Source: Octopus sinensis | Taxonomy: Eukaryota | DNA length: 64,000 bases | Direction of reading: 5' to 3' | Assembly: GCF_006345805.1 (NCBI RefSeq) | Contig: NC_043015.1 | Coordinates: forward strand, 49,724,001 to 49,788,000 | In this document: positions 63,523 through 64,000 of the stretch, in pieces | Position numbering within the stretch: the first letter of the stretch is position 1 | How the letters are laid out: each line of letters opens with the position of its first letter | The notes under the pieces: model-generated | What the model was told of the DNA's origin: nothing | Database searches by the model: none | What the model saw: the letters and a program-made list of their open reading frames with translations, nothing else | Program-made: the position numbers and the translations under genes

Positions 63523-64000
63523 GATGCAGTACCAGGCAGTGGCTCTCATGGCTTCTGATCTTAACTGATTGGAAGTGTTATCATGTACATTGTTTTGTCT
63601 TGGTATAAAAGATGGGCTACAGCAAATATTCTGCTCAATACCACAGATTTGCTTGTCAGTTGTTTGACCTGAACCAGTTGAGCATGTCCGTTAGTGGCTG
63701 ACGATATGTGCATCTCTGATCATGAGCAGAAGTAGTAGGGAGCATCATAGTCGTGTGTTGAAAGGAATTCTTGGAGGTTTGGATAATTTCACCTTTGGAA
63801 ACATGGGTGTTTCGTTCAGTATCCTTAAACAATCCTTATTCAGGGACCTTTTGAGGGGGATGGGCTACTCGACCAGAAGAAAATTCTAACTGGACTCCAC
63901 CTGCAAGGTCATGCGCTGTTTGTCTTGATATGAGATCACCATGTCGTGCACATATGGTTGTGATGCATGTGCCTGGTGTACACTTATCAGACGGGTTGTC
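63523..64000 (-). mobile_element. Interspersed repeat X, 3' end abutting (AAT)n; continues beyond the window
   Basis: Homologous to 24851-25286 and extends it by ~90 bp (..gagagccactgcctggtactgcatc) directly into (tat)n. Confidence 0.75.

Overview
Repeat-saturated, AT-rich animal genomic DNA, almost certainly octopus (coleoid cephalopod), judged from the tRNA-derived SINE families and extreme microsatellite load. It is intergenic or deep-intronic, and I could not confidently identify a host gene. Nearly all ORFs in the supplied track are translations of microsatellites or SINEs. The real coding content is retroelement-derived: a near full-length but frameshifted Tx1-type (L1 clade) LINE at 25311-31155 plus several truncated Tx1 pieces, two Penelope-like GIY-YIG remnants each followed by a minimal hammerhead motif, and RTE and CR1-like remnants. 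At least four SINE families are present (labelled A-D here). There is a 100-N gap at 13467-13566. Main leads: (1) a ~400-nt, TSD-flanked, non-coding RTE-like retroposon whose 5' end folds like an HDV-type ribozyme; (2) a Tx1/SINE system in which Tx1 subfamilies sit in (ATT)n or (GATA)n microsatellites, SINE-B carries a Tx1-like 3' stem-loop, and SINE-B builds tandem arrays apparently by inserting at GGTATTT or AGAAAC sites in its own head; (3) Penelope hammerheads with a non-canonical A6U core. Family assignments rest on recalled motifs; no database search or folding program was run.
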